Shown: positions 1 through 9,607, counted from the first letter of the stretch. The stretch is DNA of 64,000 nt from Acidobacteria bacterium UBA823 (GCA_002296225.1 DBHR01000087.1:12976-76975); one strand, 5' to 3'. Program-made: numbers and translations. The notes: generated by a model not told the origin, from the sequence alone.

Positions 1-75
1 CGGCCAATCCCCACCACTGGTAGGCACGACGCCGACCGAAACCGCCAACAGAATGAGCAGAATCTTCACACGCAC
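1..75 (-). CDS. partial CDS: N-terminal 25 codons of a secreted or membrane protein running off the left edge
   Basis: The minus strand reads GAGGAG, an 8-nt spacer, then GTG CGT GTG AAG ATT CTG CTC ATT CTG TTG GCG, giving MRVKILLILLAVSVGVVPTSGGDWP. The start is hydrophobic and signal-like, and the frame stays open to position 1. Confidence 0.3.
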   Translation of the reverse strand, partial: MRVKILLILLAVSVGVVPTSGGDWP

Positions 76-185
76 GGTTGATCTCCTCAGACAACGCACC
101 GAACCATTGTCGCGCATCTGCCGGCCGGTCTTGAGCATAGCGAGTCAGCTTCGCGAAAATGTCTGACTATTGTTTCGGCGCGAAG

Positions 186-3100
186 TTACTCCGTTTTGAG
201 CGCGGCCAGGACCGGAGTCCGGGCCATCACGCGGGTCGCGACGAGCGACGTTGTCGCACCAGCGAGCGCTACCGTCACAAGTAGCCAGCCGATCGACGCG
301 AACGGCAATCGCTGTCCGCGCTCAAGCCAGGCGGGTGCGATGGCGATCAGCGCACAACATGCCCCGATTCCCAAGCCCAGCGTTAGCAGCAGCACGTTCT
401 CGACCAGCACCACCAGCGTTAGATGCCGCCGATCGAATCCGACCGCGCGCAGCAGCGCGAGTTCCCGCCGCCGCTCTAGCACATTTCGAAGCAGCACGGC
501 ACCCAGCCCGACCGTTCCGAGCAGAAGCCCAAGGGCACCGAGTGTCTGAAACGTGGCCAAGTAGGTGTTCTCCACTCGGTGGAACGTTGCCAGCCGCTCG
601 GCCGTCAGCGCGACGTCGAACCCAAAATCAGCGAGCCGATCCTCTAGGGCAGCCGTGACCGCTTGGGCTCGATCCTCGGAAACGTCGATCATGAAGAAGC
701 GGAAACCCTCCGCCTCAGGAAACACACGGCGGAAGTGAACTTCCGACACGACCAGCTCACGTTGGAACACACTGTCGGCCAGTGCCGCGACAATTCGAAG
801 CCGCACCTCGCGATCCGTGTCGCGGTTCAATACAATCTCGTCGCCCACCGCCAAGTGCAACACATAGGTGAGCGAGTTGGCGTCGGCGAGGGCGGGAACG
901 ACCCCATCAGGCAGTTCCCGTCGCAGAAGGTGCCACGGGTTCTCCACCTCGGCTGCCGTCTTGGCGAGCGTGGTACCGAAGGTGAAACGGTTATCAGCAA
1001 TGAATCGGTCGGACACGGCAATGACGCGCGGGTCGGCCGGCCGGTAGAGGTTCAGGCAGCTGGCATCGTCCCCGGACCGGACACGGAACCGCTCGAATTC
1101 GACGCCATCGAAGAGGCCAGTTTCGAAATCGGACAGTCCGAGCCGATCGCGGCCGGCAGTGTTGGACAGGTCATCACCCACCGGTAGCAACGAATCGGCC
1201 AGCAGGGCGAACCCACCGGTACCCGACGCACGGTCCAGCGGGTCGCCTTCGTCTCGTCGGAACGCATCGACCGCGACGATGATGAAAGCAGCGAAGGCGA
1301 TAAGCGCAATGCAAAACACGCTCCGACCCGGGCGGTAGCTAGCGTTCCTCACGCCGAGCTGCACGACCGGCCAGGGCCTCGGTTCGGCGATTGAACCCGG
1401 GGCCATCCGGCGCAGCCAGACCCAAGCGAATCCGAGCAGCGCGCACAGCAGCAGTATGCCCGCCCCGAAGAACCCGGCGGTGGCGTTCAAGACGCTGGCG
1501 CGTGCCGCAACGACGAACCCGAGACCCAACGCCGCAAGAACCAGCGGTCCGACCCAGTCTGGGACGTGCACCAGGACCGATGAAGCCGGCGGCTCCGTCA
1601 TGCCGTGCGTAGCATCCGGTAGCGCGCCGGCCAGGAGACTACGAGGCGACGTGGCCTTGAGCGCCCGCAGACTGACGGCGATTGCTACCAGAGCAGCGAT
1701 GACACCACCAGCCGCACCAGCACCGAGCGTTTCTGGCGCAACGTGCAGGCTCAGTAGGGTCGTGCCTACTGCGTCGACCCACCAGGTCCGCAACCCGTAC
1801 ATGATGACCTGTGCGTACCCGACAGCGCAGACCATGCCAAAGAGCCCAGCTACGACGCCAATTACGATGGCCTCACGCCAAAACAGTGACCGGATCGTCT
1901 GGGGCGAAAACCCGAACGCCTGGAGCACACCGATCTCCCGCACCCGCTGCTCGACACCTAACCGGAAAAACAGGCTAGCAAGCAGCACCGCGGAAACGAC
2001 GAGGAAGAAGCTAAAGTACGTGAAATACTCCCCGAAGTCAGTCGCTCCAACCGACGCGCTGAGCGCGAGTGCCCGGACCGGAGTCACGCCGATACCGACG
2101 TCGACCGGGTCGAGTTTGGCAGCCAGAGCTTGGCGGTAGGTGGCGGCGATGGATTCGAGATCCTCGACGTCGTTAGCGAGCAAGCGGATTGAAGTGAGCT
2201 GCCCGTACCGCGACTGCCAGAGCGCCTGCCCGGCGCCGAGTTCAACGAACCCCTTCGGTGTGGTTCGGTAGCGGTCCCAGTATTCCTCGTCACGCGAGCC
2301 GATAGCGCTGAGATCGATCGGAAACGGCGGATTCCAGTCAACCATGCTCTCCGCATCGGTGATACCTGCGTAGACGGGGGCAAAATCGCGGTCGGCCGCG
2401 TCACCAGTGATCGGCAAGACGCCGTAGAGCTGAAAGTCAGACTGCCGTGTGATCAGGCGGCCAGCATCATCCCACACGTAGTACTCGGCCTCGATAATGT
2501 CGCCCTGCCGCGCACCTAGGTCGCGGGCCGCCCATTCGTTTAAGAGGATCGGCGGATACTCGAGCGCCTCGGGCCACAGCCCAGACCGGCGGCGCGCGTT
2601 CGACGACAGTGCCGAAAACGACGGAAAGTCAACGCCCGTCACGAGAGAGTACGGCACCTCCCGGGACCCCAGCCTCAGACGGTTGATGAGATAGGTCAGA
2701 ACCGGCTGCGGCCGTAGGCCGTGCTCGCCCGCAGATTCCCGCACCGCATCAATGACGATGGAGCCGACCATACCGGTGTCTGACTCGACGACTAGGGCGT
2801 CACGTTCGGGCAGCACCCTGACGGCCACAGCAAGATCGTCGAGCGTGGCCGTCGAGCGTAAGGCCGTCTCCACGCTGGCAACATGGTCCGCTGTGGACTC
2901 TCGTGTACCCGTGCGACCCGACAGTAGGATCGTGTTGACTTCACGATCGATTCCAAGCGATTCCTGTAGGCGCGGGAGCGAGACGAAGACCGCGCGCGCG
3001 GGACCCTGGTGCTGGCGGAGTGAGAACTCACCGAGCTCAGAAAACGACAGGATCGATCCGACGGTCAGGCGAACCGTCCGGCCGACATCGTCTCGCCTAC

Positions 3101-3611
3101 CGTGCAATGAGCCGATCGGCACCTCCGACGGGCGCTCGACCCGCACGAGTAGTGCGGCGCCGACGTCCACTTCGAGTTCCCCCACCAGTTCTTCACTAAG
3201 AAACACCTCGTTTCGGCCAGGAGCTGGTTGTGCGGCGCGCTGATGAAACGTCCAGAACCGGTTGTCGATGCCGTACACCCTGATGCCGGACGCGCGCCGC
3301 CCGCTGGCCGGGTCGATGACGAAGCCATCCAGTGCGATGAGCGGCGCCGCCGCGTCAAACAAATCGGCCATTGCCGGAACCGCCCGCAGCTCGTCGGAGA
3401 GCGCGTCCCGAAAGAACACCGGCGCCGTGATGACAGTGTCGGTCTGCCCGAGCCGCCCGAGCGCGAGTGCACGCAGAGAACCGCGTACCGAGCCGCCCAC
3501 GAGCAGTGCGCCCGCAAGCACCGCAACAGCGACCGCGACGCCGGCGATGACCGTGAGGTTCACCTGCCAGTAATAGGCTAGGCTGCGCCTGACAAAGCGT
3601 CCGAGAGTCAC
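186..3611 (-). CDS. ABC transporter permease, duplicated FtsX/MacB-LolCE-like, 1141 aa
   Basis: The GTG start overlaps the ATPase stop (GTGA at 3608-3611). There is an N-terminal TM segment (VNLTVIAGVAVAVAVLAGALLVGG). Two FtsX-type modules (REIGVLQAFGFSPQTIRSLF and RELALLRAVGFDRRHLTLVV) each follow a large extracytoplasmic segment. Confidence 0.85.
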   Translation of the reverse strand: MTLGRFVRRSLAYYWQVNLTVIAGVAVAVAVLAGALLVGGSVRGSLRALALGRLGQTDTVITAPVFFRDALSDELRAVPAMADLFDAAAPLIALDGFVIDPASGRRASGIRVYGIDNRFWTFHQRAAQPAPGRNEVFLSEELVGELEVDVGAALLVRVERPSEVPIGSLHGRRDDVGRTVRLTVGSILSFSELGEFSLRQHQGPARAVFVSLPRLQESLGIDREVNTILLSGRTGTRESTADHVASVETALRSTATLDDLAVAVRVLPERDALVVESDTGMVGSIVIDAVRESAGEHGLRPQPVLTYLINRLRLGSREVPYSLVTGVDFPSFSALSSNARRRSGLWPEALEYPPILLNEWAARDLGARQGDIIEAEYYVWDDAGRLITRQSDFQLYGVLPITGDAADRDFAPVYAGITDAESMVDWNPPFPIDLSAIGSRDEEYWDRYRTTPKGFVELGAGQALWQSRYGQLTSIRLLANDVEDLESIAATYRQALAAKLDPVDVGIGVTPVRALALSASVGATDFGEYFTYFSFFLVVSAVLLASLFFRLGVEQRVREIGVLQAFGFSPQTIRSLFWREAIVIGVVAGLFGMVCAVGYAQVIMYGLRTWWVDAVGTTLLSLHVAPETLGAGAAGGVIAALVAIAVSLRALKATSPRSLLAGALPDATHGMTEPPASSVLVHVPDWVGPLVLAALGLGFVVAARASVLNATAGFFGAGILLLCALLGFAWVWLRRMAPGSIAEPRPWPVVQLGVRNASYRPGRSVFCIALIAFAAFIIVAVDAFRRDEGDPLDRASGTGGFALLADSLLPVGDDLSNTAGRDRLGLSDFETGLFDGVEFERFRVRSGDDASCLNLYRPADPRVIAVSDRFIADNRFTFGTTLAKTAAEVENPWHLLRRELPDGVVPALADANSLTYVLHLAVGDEIVLNRDTDREVRLRIVAALADSVFQRELVVSEVHFRRVFPEAEGFRFFMIDVSEDRAQAVTAALEDRLADFGFDVALTAERLATFHRVENTYLATFQTLGALGLLLGTVGLGAVLLRNVLERRRELALLRAVGFDRRHLTLVVLVENVLLLTLGLGIGACCALIAIAPAWLERGQRLPFASIGWLLVTVALAGATTSLVATRVMARTPVLAALKTE

Positions 3612-4285
3612 GTCACGCTCCCGCGCGGTACAAGCCGCTGACCGGTTAATTCGAACTTTCCAGCGAACCGATCAGCAAGGGTTGGGTTGTGGGTGACGAC
3701 GACCAACACGGTTTGCTGCTCACGATGCAGCGTCAGGAGTAAAGATGCCACGGCTTCAGCTGACTCACGATCGAGGTTGCCCGTCGGCTCGTCGCATAGG
3801 ACCAGCGGGGGGTGTCGGATGAGGGCCCGGGCGAGCGCAACGCGCTGCTTTTCGCCACCTGACAATTCGGCGGGTCGATGGTCAAGCCGGTGGCTGAGGC
3901 CTACCCGATCGAGAAGGTCGCTGGCGCGCGCGTGTCTCTCGGGCAACGGGTTTCCAACGAGCGTCGGCAGCAACACGTTCTCGATGACTGTGCACTGCGG
4001 CAACAGCAAGTGGTCCTGAAAAACGAAGCCGATTACCCGATTCCGAAAGGCCGCGAGAGCCTTCGGGTCGAGCGCAAACGGGTCGTTACCGTCGAGCGAC
4101 ACGTGTCCCGAGGTCGGCGGCTCGAGGGCGCCGAGGATGTAGAGGAGCGTACTCTTGCCGCTACCCGATGGCCCCATGATCGACGCCGACTCGCCGCGCT
4201 GCATCGACATGCTGACGTCGCGGAGTACCGAAAACTCCCCGCGGGGCGTTGGGTACACTTTGGACAGACTGGATACTTCGAGCAA
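3608..4285 (-). CDS. ABC transporter ATP-binding protein (MacB/LolD-like)
   Basis: Walker A GPSGSGKST, signature LSGGEKQRVALARAL and Walker B LVLCDEPTGNLD. A 4-nt overlap with the downstream permease suggests translational coupling. Confidence 0.95.
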   Translation of the reverse strand: MLEVSSLSKVYPTPRGEFSVLRDVSMSMQRGESASIMGPSGSGKSTLLYILGALEPPTSGHVSLDGNDPFALDPKALAAFRNRVIGFVFQDHLLLPQCTVIENVLLPTLVGNPLPERHARASDLLDRVGLSHRLDHRPAELSGGEKQRVALARALIRHPPLVLCDEPTGNLDRESAEAVASLLLTLHREQQTVLVVVTHNPTLADRFAGKFELTGQRLVPRGSVT

Positions 4286-4302
4286 CGTTGCGACCTCTCG
4301 CT

Positions 4303-5622
4303 TCAGGATACGGCAGACACTCGGGCCGACGCGACCACCTGCCCGAACAGCTCGATCGCTCGGTCGGCCATCCGGGACACATCGTAGTACTTCCGGACGC
4401 CGTGGGCGCCCTGCTGGCGTAACTGTTCCGTGCGGTCAGGGTCACGATAAAGCGCGGCTAATTCGTCAGCTAGACGATCGGCTCTGTTCGGCTCGAACGT
4501 GATGCCCCCGCCCGTACGTTCCAAAATTTCCGGGAACGCTCCATGCCGCGGCTGGACGACTGGCACACCGCAGGCCATAGCTTCAAGAACGGAAAGACCC
4601 TTGGGATCCGGGTAGGTACTTGGAACCGACAACACATCCAAGGTTCCAAGAAACTCGATCTTCTGAGCACGATCGAGCGCGCCGCGATAGGTAAACTCGT
4701 CACCGAGCCCCCACTCCAACAGCTTCCGTTCGATCTCGATGAGATAGCTCCGGTGCTCTGGCGCCAGATACCCCGCCACCTCAAGGCGGGCGCCCGTCAC
4801 GCCGAGATGTTCGCGTACCCTGCGATAGGCATCGGCCAGTAGGTGGAGTCCCTTCTCCGGGGCAACGCGGGCGAAGTAGCCCACGGTAAACGGTCCAGGC
4901 CGACTCGATGGCGTCACAGGGTTATGGGGATACCCCTCAAGATTGATGCCGAGCGGAAGGACGTCGAGCCGATTCCGAGGCACCGCGAGGTAATCAACCA
5001 TAAAGTCAACGTAGTACTCACTCACCGGCAAGAAACGATCGACGTCGTTCACGCACGCACGAATGAGGTCAAGTGCCTGGTCGCGCTGAGCGCGCGGAAG
5101 CCCGGCCAGGAATAAGTCTTCCCCCTGCAGCGTGCAACACACCGGGCGGCCGAGCGCCTCGCGGAGCGGCGCGGCCAGGCCGATCAACAACGAGTTCGGA
5201 AGAACAACAAGGTCCGGCGCTGGCTGCGTCCGGAGCCAAGCGATGAGTTTGTGCAGCTCTTTACGTTGGTAACCGTGGTCCCCTTGCAGCACCGAAATCG
5301 TGAGGGCGCCGAGCTCCGATGGATCGACGCTGATCGCTCGACCCGCCGCCGCACGGATCACCGACGGCGCGTCCCACAATCGATCGAAAAAGTGCGGCGT
5401 TTCGCGGAAGAGTGGCACGCGCTGTTGCAGGTAAACGCTAATCCCGCCATAGAACACACGCCCGTCGCTCACGTTGCGTTCATCGGTCAGCGTGGGCGTG
5501 TAGAGGGGAAGCAGGAGAACATCATGCCCGCGGATGATCAGTTCGGCCGCCAGGGCATTGTCGCGCAGACAACTCCCGCAGTACATGTTGGCCGCCCCCG
5601 CGGTGATCGACAGGATTCGCAC
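4303..5622 (-). CDS. glycosyltransferase, GT-B fold (family 4-like) with an N-terminal CxxC
   Basis: The N-terminus MRILSITAGAANMYCGSCLRDNALAAELIIRGHDV is typical of a GT4 first beta-alpha unit. The C-terminal donor-binding region reads GLSVLEAMACGVPVVQPRHGAFPEILE. Length is 439 aa. Confidence 0.8.
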   Translation of the reverse strand: MRILSITAGAANMYCGSCLRDNALAAELIIRGHDVLLLPLYTPTLTDERNVSDGRVFYGGISVYLQQRVPLFRETPHFFDRLWDAPSVIRAAAGRAISVDPSELGALTISVLQGDHGYQRKELHKLIAWLRTQPAPDLVVLPNSLLIGLAAPLREALGRPVCCTLQGEDLFLAGLPRAQRDQALDLIRACVNDVDRFLPVSEYYVDFMVDYLAVPRNRLDVLPLGINLEGYPHNPVTPSSRPGPFTVGYFARVAPEKGLHLLADAYRRVREHLGVTGARLEVAGYLAPEHRSYLIEIERKLLEWGLGDEFTYRGALDRAQKIEFLGTLDVLSVPSTYPDPKGLSVLEAMACGVPVVQPRHGAFPEILERTGGGITFEPNRADRLADELAALYRDPDRTEQLRQQGAHGVRKYYDVSRMADRAIELFGQVVASARVSAVS

Positions 5623-5627
5623 CGCAG

Positions 5628-7046
5628 CTATGCCACCTGAAAGGCCCTCGCCCGGAACAGAAAATCGACGATGTTCCCTTCGTGGGGCGCCAGCCAGTTG
5701 ATCTGAGTTGTCGGAATCGGCCCTAAGTTCAGACGATCGATGTTGGTCGCCTCCAGCAGGGACTGACGGAACGCCTCGTCACGCGTGATGCCAGTTGCAA
5801 CCAACGTCGGCCCGATCGACCCGATCATCTCATTCTGAGGGCACTCCACAACAGCAACGAACGGAAACATGTACTCCTTACTAGCCGCAGCCGCTTGCGG
5901 TGACCCACACCGGATCACCGTGGGCCGGAGATAGCCGTAGCGCTCATGGCTCGTCAGGCGGCGGCCTCCGTGGTAGGACGCAGTCGCATCCTCGACGTCG
6001 TCTTCCTCAAGGACACGGTCGATGTCGCCAGAGATGGCCTCGGCCTGCCCTGGCACCGTGAAAGCTGCGAGCTCGGCCTTAGGGTCGTCGACCGGTAATG
6101 GTGTGATCGGCCCGAGTCGAGCGGCGAGCGCCGCAGCGATTTCCCGCGTATGGCGCGAGGCCCAAATGCCGGAACAGTTAATGCAACTCCGTCCGCTGTT
6201 CACCAGCACACTGTGCACCATCGGGTCGAGATACTGCTCCCAATCGTCTACCGCGTCGTCGCCGATTAGGATCTTACTGAACCCGGGTCCATGCACTTGT
6301 ATGGCTGGGTTGCCGCGGTAGCGATCCACGGTGGCCTGGCCACCGAAGATGAAGCTTCGCGGGCAGTGACTGAGAACGGCGGCACCCACTTCGGCCTCGC
6401 CGGGATAGAGCGAGATTGACTGCCGTGGAATACCAGCCTCGAAGAAAGCTTGCGACAACCGCCAAGGGGTCCACGGCTCCTGCGGTCCGGGCTTGAACAC
6501 TAGCCCTACCTGTAGCGGCACGACCGGCAGCCAAAGGCTGTGCACCCCAGGCGAGTTCGACGGCAGCACCATGCCGAGCACCGGCGAAGCCGCCTGATAG
6601 CTACGCAGGACGCCGTCCTCGTCACCGAATCCCCGCGTGAGGATACCGAGGTCAAGCTCGCGCGTGAGTGCCGCGAGAATCTGGTCAAGCTGTGCTAGCA
6701 CGCCGCCGAGCTTAGCCATATTCATCCGGCAAAGCTGTTCGGGCAGTCCGGTCGTCGCCGATTGCTGCCGCACGAAGTCGTCAGGAGACTGCAACGCGTC
6801 CCCAATCGGCAGGTCGGCCGACAGGAACAACTCTCCAGCACGCTGTACCATGCGCACGAGGTCGGCACACGGAATCTCCCGCAGCGCGTCGCGGGCGAGC
6901 TGCGCCTTCCGTAGATCGCGGGCAACCAATCCACCGTTCGCCTGGCTTACCTCGGCCACCGGCTCGCCGGTGGCGAAGTGCAACATCGAATTCACCTCGA
7001 GGCTACGATACGGTTCGCCCCACCGAAGCACAGGAAAATGAATCAA
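5628..7046 (-). CDS. aldehyde dehydrogenase superfamily protein (possibly LuxC-like acyl reductase)
   Basis: Length 472 aa. The catalytic-Cys region NSGRSCINCSGIW resembles the ALDH GQxCxAxS motif. The segment expected to be ELGGK reads HGPGFSK. The start lies 1 nt after the stop of the upstream gene. Confidence 0.7.
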   Translation of the reverse strand: MIHFPVLRWGEPYRSLEVNSMLHFATGEPVAEVSQANGGLVARDLRKAQLARDALREIPCADLVRMVQRAGELFLSADLPIGDALQSPDDFVRQQSATTGLPEQLCRMNMAKLGGVLAQLDQILAALTRELDLGILTRGFGDEDGVLRSYQAASPVLGMVLPSNSPGVHSLWLPVVPLQVGLVFKPGPQEPWTPWRLSQAFFEAGIPRQSISLYPGEAEVGAAVLSHCPRSFIFGGQATVDRYRGNPAIQVHGPGFSKILIGDDAVDDWEQYLDPMVHSVLVNSGRSCINCSGIWASRHTREIAAALAARLGPITPLPVDDPKAELAAFTVPGQAEAISGDIDRVLEEDDVEDATASYHGGRRLTSHERYGYLRPTVIRCGSPQAAAASKEYMFPFVAVVECPQNEMIGSIGPTLVATGITRDEAFRQSLLEATNIDRLNLGPIPTTQINWLAPHEGNIVDFLFRARAFQVA

Positions 7047-7047
7047 G

Positions 7048-8130
7048 TCAGTACACTCCCACCGTCATCGGGGATTCCAGTCGACCAAACGGTCGGACGC
7101 CACTGACACCATCCCACGGATAGCGCTTATCCGGACCCTCGCGCTCGCCCTCGTCCCGCTCTAGGAACCGGGGCAAGAAAAATTCCTTCGTGAGCGTCGT
7201 GATCATCACGCGACCGGTCCCGCCGTAGTCAACGACTCGGTCGGTATCGTCGGCATCAACCACCTGGATAACCGCACGCGGCTGTGGCGCATAGTAGGTG
7301 ATCTTGTAGCTGTCTTCCGGCGTATAAGGCGCGCTCGGCGCCAACCCCATCAGCGTGTTGCCGTAGGTCGGCGTCATGTAGACACCATCGAGCAGTTCCT
7401 CGTGCGCGAACCGGTTCCATTGCGGCGTGAACTCAGTGCCCCCAGAAAAGATGCCCGTGATCCCCGTGTCCTTAATACTCGATCCGTCGACCTCCAGACG
7501 ACTCGCCAACGCTTCGAGCAGCTTCGGCGTCGTGAACAGACACTTGATGTCATGATTCGCACTGAGGAGCGTCATAGCTTGGTCGATGACGTGCGCCTGA
7601 TAGGCCTTCAAGTGCTCCATCCAGTTTTTCTTGATCAGCTTGATCACCCAACGCGGATCAAGATCGAGGCTGAAACAGATACCGCCGCGGTATTGCGCAA
7701 GATGTTCCACAGCGAGCCGTAGGCGCCGAGGACCGCTTGGCCCGAGCATTAACCAGTTCGAACTAGGTGGGAAGCAATCATCGGGAAGCGTCTTGGAGAA
7801 CAGCTCATAGTCGATCCGAAAATCGTCGATATTGATCCGGCTCTTGGGCACACCGGTTGTGCCACCCGTCTCGAAAACATATATCGGCCGAGTAGCGTAA
7901 GCCTTCGGCACCCATCGGCGAACTGGACCGCCGCGAAGCCACTCGTCATCGAAGTGCCTGAACTGCTTCAGGTCGTCGAAGCCCTCCACCTCACGCCGGG
8001 GGTCCCAGCCAGAACGTTCGGCCCACTCCAGCCAAAACGGACAACCTGTCGACGGCTCAAAATGCCAACCGACGACCTCTCGAACCCAAGTATCCAGCTC
8101 TTCTCGAGCCTGTCGAACCGCGTCTGCCAT
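7048..8130 (-). CDS. adenylate-forming enzyme, phenylacetate-CoA ligase / coenzyme F390 synthetase-like
   Basis: It has the AMP-binding P-loop-like FETGGTTGVPKS. I chose the ATG at 8130 (MADAVRQAREELD). The ORF track extends to 8367, but that extension is Ser/Thr/Arg/Pro-rich and would overlap the divergent MOSC gene. Confidence 0.7.
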   Translation of the reverse strand: MADAVRQAREELDTWVREVVGWHFEPSTGCPFWLEWAERSGWDPRREVEGFDDLKQFRHFDDEWLRGGPVRRWVPKAYATRPIYVFETGGTTGVPKSRINIDDFRIDYELFSKTLPDDCFPPSSNWLMLGPSGPRRLRLAVEHLAQYRGGICFSLDLDPRWVIKLIKKNWMEHLKAYQAHVIDQAMTLLSANHDIKCLFTTPKLLEALASRLEVDGSSIKDTGITGIFSGGTEFTPQWNRFAHEELLDGVYMTPTYGNTLMGLAPSAPYTPEDSYKITYYAPQPRAVIQVVDADDTDRVVDYGGTGRVMITTLTKEFFLPRFLERDEGEREGPDKRYPWDGVSGVRPFGRLESPMTVGVY

Positions 8131-8224
8131 CGACCATTCGATCCTATACCAGTGTCGTTTAAAAGCGCCGGGAACCCACTGATATAGACTAGCCGCGCGT
8201 GGAGAGCGTTTACGGAAGAGAACG

Positions 8225-8686
8225 ATGAGCGGTCGTGTAGAGCGAATTTGGCTCAAACGCGCCAAACGGGGCAACATGGATGAAATCCGTGAAGTGCGTG
8301 TCGAGGTGGGCAAGGGTATCGTGGGCAATGTCGACCAGGGCGGCTGGCGGCAGATCACCATCATCACTCAAGAACGCTGGGAGGAGTTGATGCGCGAGCT
8401 CGGCGTCTCGCTCGATCCGTCGAGCCGCCGTGCCAACCTGCTTCTGTCGGGTGTGGACCTCGCTCACACCGGCGGGCGCGTCCTCGAAGTTGGCAATGCC
8501 CGACTGCGGGTGCGTGGAGAAACTCGTCCTTGCCAACTCATGGAACAGACCGTTCCCGGCTTGCGCGGCGCGATGACCCGCGGATGGGGCGGTGGCGCGT
8601 TCGCCGAAGTGCTCACTGATGGGTCGATTGCGGTCGGTAACACGGCGCGCTGGGTCGACGAAGGTAGCGCGACGTGCAAGCCCTAG
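8225..8686 (+). CDS. MOSC domain protein (YiiM-like)
   Basis: Length 153 aa. The pattern GIVGNVDQGGWRQITIITQERWEEL ... RANLLLSGVDL ... VRGETRPCQLMEQ is typical of MOSC beta-barrel proteins, including the conserved Cys. Confidence 0.8.
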   Translation: MSGRVERIWLKRAKRGNMDEIREVRVEVGKGIVGNVDQGGWRQITIITQERWEELMRELGVSLDPSSRRANLLLSGVDLAHTGGRVLEVGNARLRVRGETRPCQLMEQTVPGLRGAMTRGWGGGAFAEVLTDGSIAVGNTARWVDEGSATCKP

Positions 8687-9591
8687 CGTGCCTCACAGCA
8701 GCATTCCCGGCCGGGGTGCTGATTGCCAGCGCGATCGCACTCTACCACCCTCCATCGTTTACCTGGTTCAGTGGACCATTCATCACGGTCGGTCTTGGCA
8801 TCATTATGCTCAGCATGGGGATGACATTGGGCGTCGACGACTTCCGCCGAATCGCAGAGCACCGGCGTCTAGTCGTGCCCGGCGTGGTACTGCAATACAC
8901 CGTCATGCCCATGCTCGGGTGGAGCCTCGGCTATCTGTTTGACCTACCCACCGAGTTTGCGGTCGGACTCGTGTTGGTCTCGTCGTGCCCAGGCGGCACG
9001 GCGTCAAACGTCATCTCGTTCCTGGCTAAAGCCGACGTGGCGCTCTCGGTGACGATGACCGCCCTATCGACGCTGCTTGCCGTCGCGATGACTCCGACGC
9101 TGACGGCGCTACTCGCCGGTAGTCGGGTCGAGGTGCCCGCCGCCGGTCTGCTCCTAAGCACCGTTCAGGTCGTGATTCTGCCCGTCATCCTCGGGGTGAG
9201 CCTCAATCGCTACGCGCCGAAGTTCACGCGGGCCGTCCTGCCAGCCGCACCACTCGTGGCGGTCATCACGATTACCCTCATCGTCGCTTCGATCATCGGC
9301 GCGGGGAAGCAACAGGTAATAAACGCCGGCCTTACGCTACTGTTCGCCGTCTTCACGCTGCATGTTGGCGGTTTCGTGCTTGGCTATGCCGCCGGTCGAC
9401 TGATTCTGGGTCAGGAGCGTGCTGCGCGCACAGTGTCTATCGAAGTCGGCATGCAGAACTCTGGCCTGGGCGTCGTCCTCGCCCGCCAGAATTTCGCCAG
9501 TCCGCTCGTCGCCATTCCGTGTGCGATTTCGGCCGTCATTCACTCGCTCATCGGCAGTCTGGCCGCGGCCGTCTGGCGTCGGAAGCCGTAA
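8674..9591 (+). CDS. bile acid:sodium symporter (BASS/SBF-like) family transporter
   Basis: A polytopic membrane protein of 305 aa with the family signature LVSSCPGGTASNV. The GTG start overlaps the MOSC stop by 13 nt. Confidence 0.85.
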   Translation: MQALACLTAAFPAGVLIASAIALYHPPSFTWFSGPFITVGLGIIMLSMGMTLGVDDFRRIAEHRRLVVPGVVLQYTVMPMLGWSLGYLFDLPTEFAVGLVLVSSCPGGTASNVISFLAKADVALSVTMTALSTLLAVAMTPTLTALLAGSRVEVPAAGLLLSTVQVVILPVILGVSLNRYAPKFTRAVLPAAPLVAVITITLIVASIIGAGKQQVINAGLTLLFAVFTLHVGGFVLGYAAGRLILGQERAARTVSIEVGMQNSGLGVVLARQNFASPLVAIPCAISAVIHSLIGSLAAAVWRRKP

Positions 9592-9607
9592 TAAGCTAAC
9601 GAAAACA

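Noticed and set aside
196-3581. Multiple plus-strand ORFs of 100-230 aa antisense to the ABC permease (for example 1456-2139 and 2752-3243)
   Set aside because: All are Arg/Ser/Pro/Thr/Ala-rich shadow ORFs inside a well-supported 1141-aa FtsX permease gene.
8131-8367. N-terminal 79-codon extension of the adenylating-enzyme ORF
   Set aside because: The extension (MMMVICRQPPWSTLPTIPLPTSTRTSRISS...) is low-complexity and overlaps the divergent MOSC gene start at 8225. The internal ATG at 8130 gives a sensible N-terminus and leaves a divergent promoter region.
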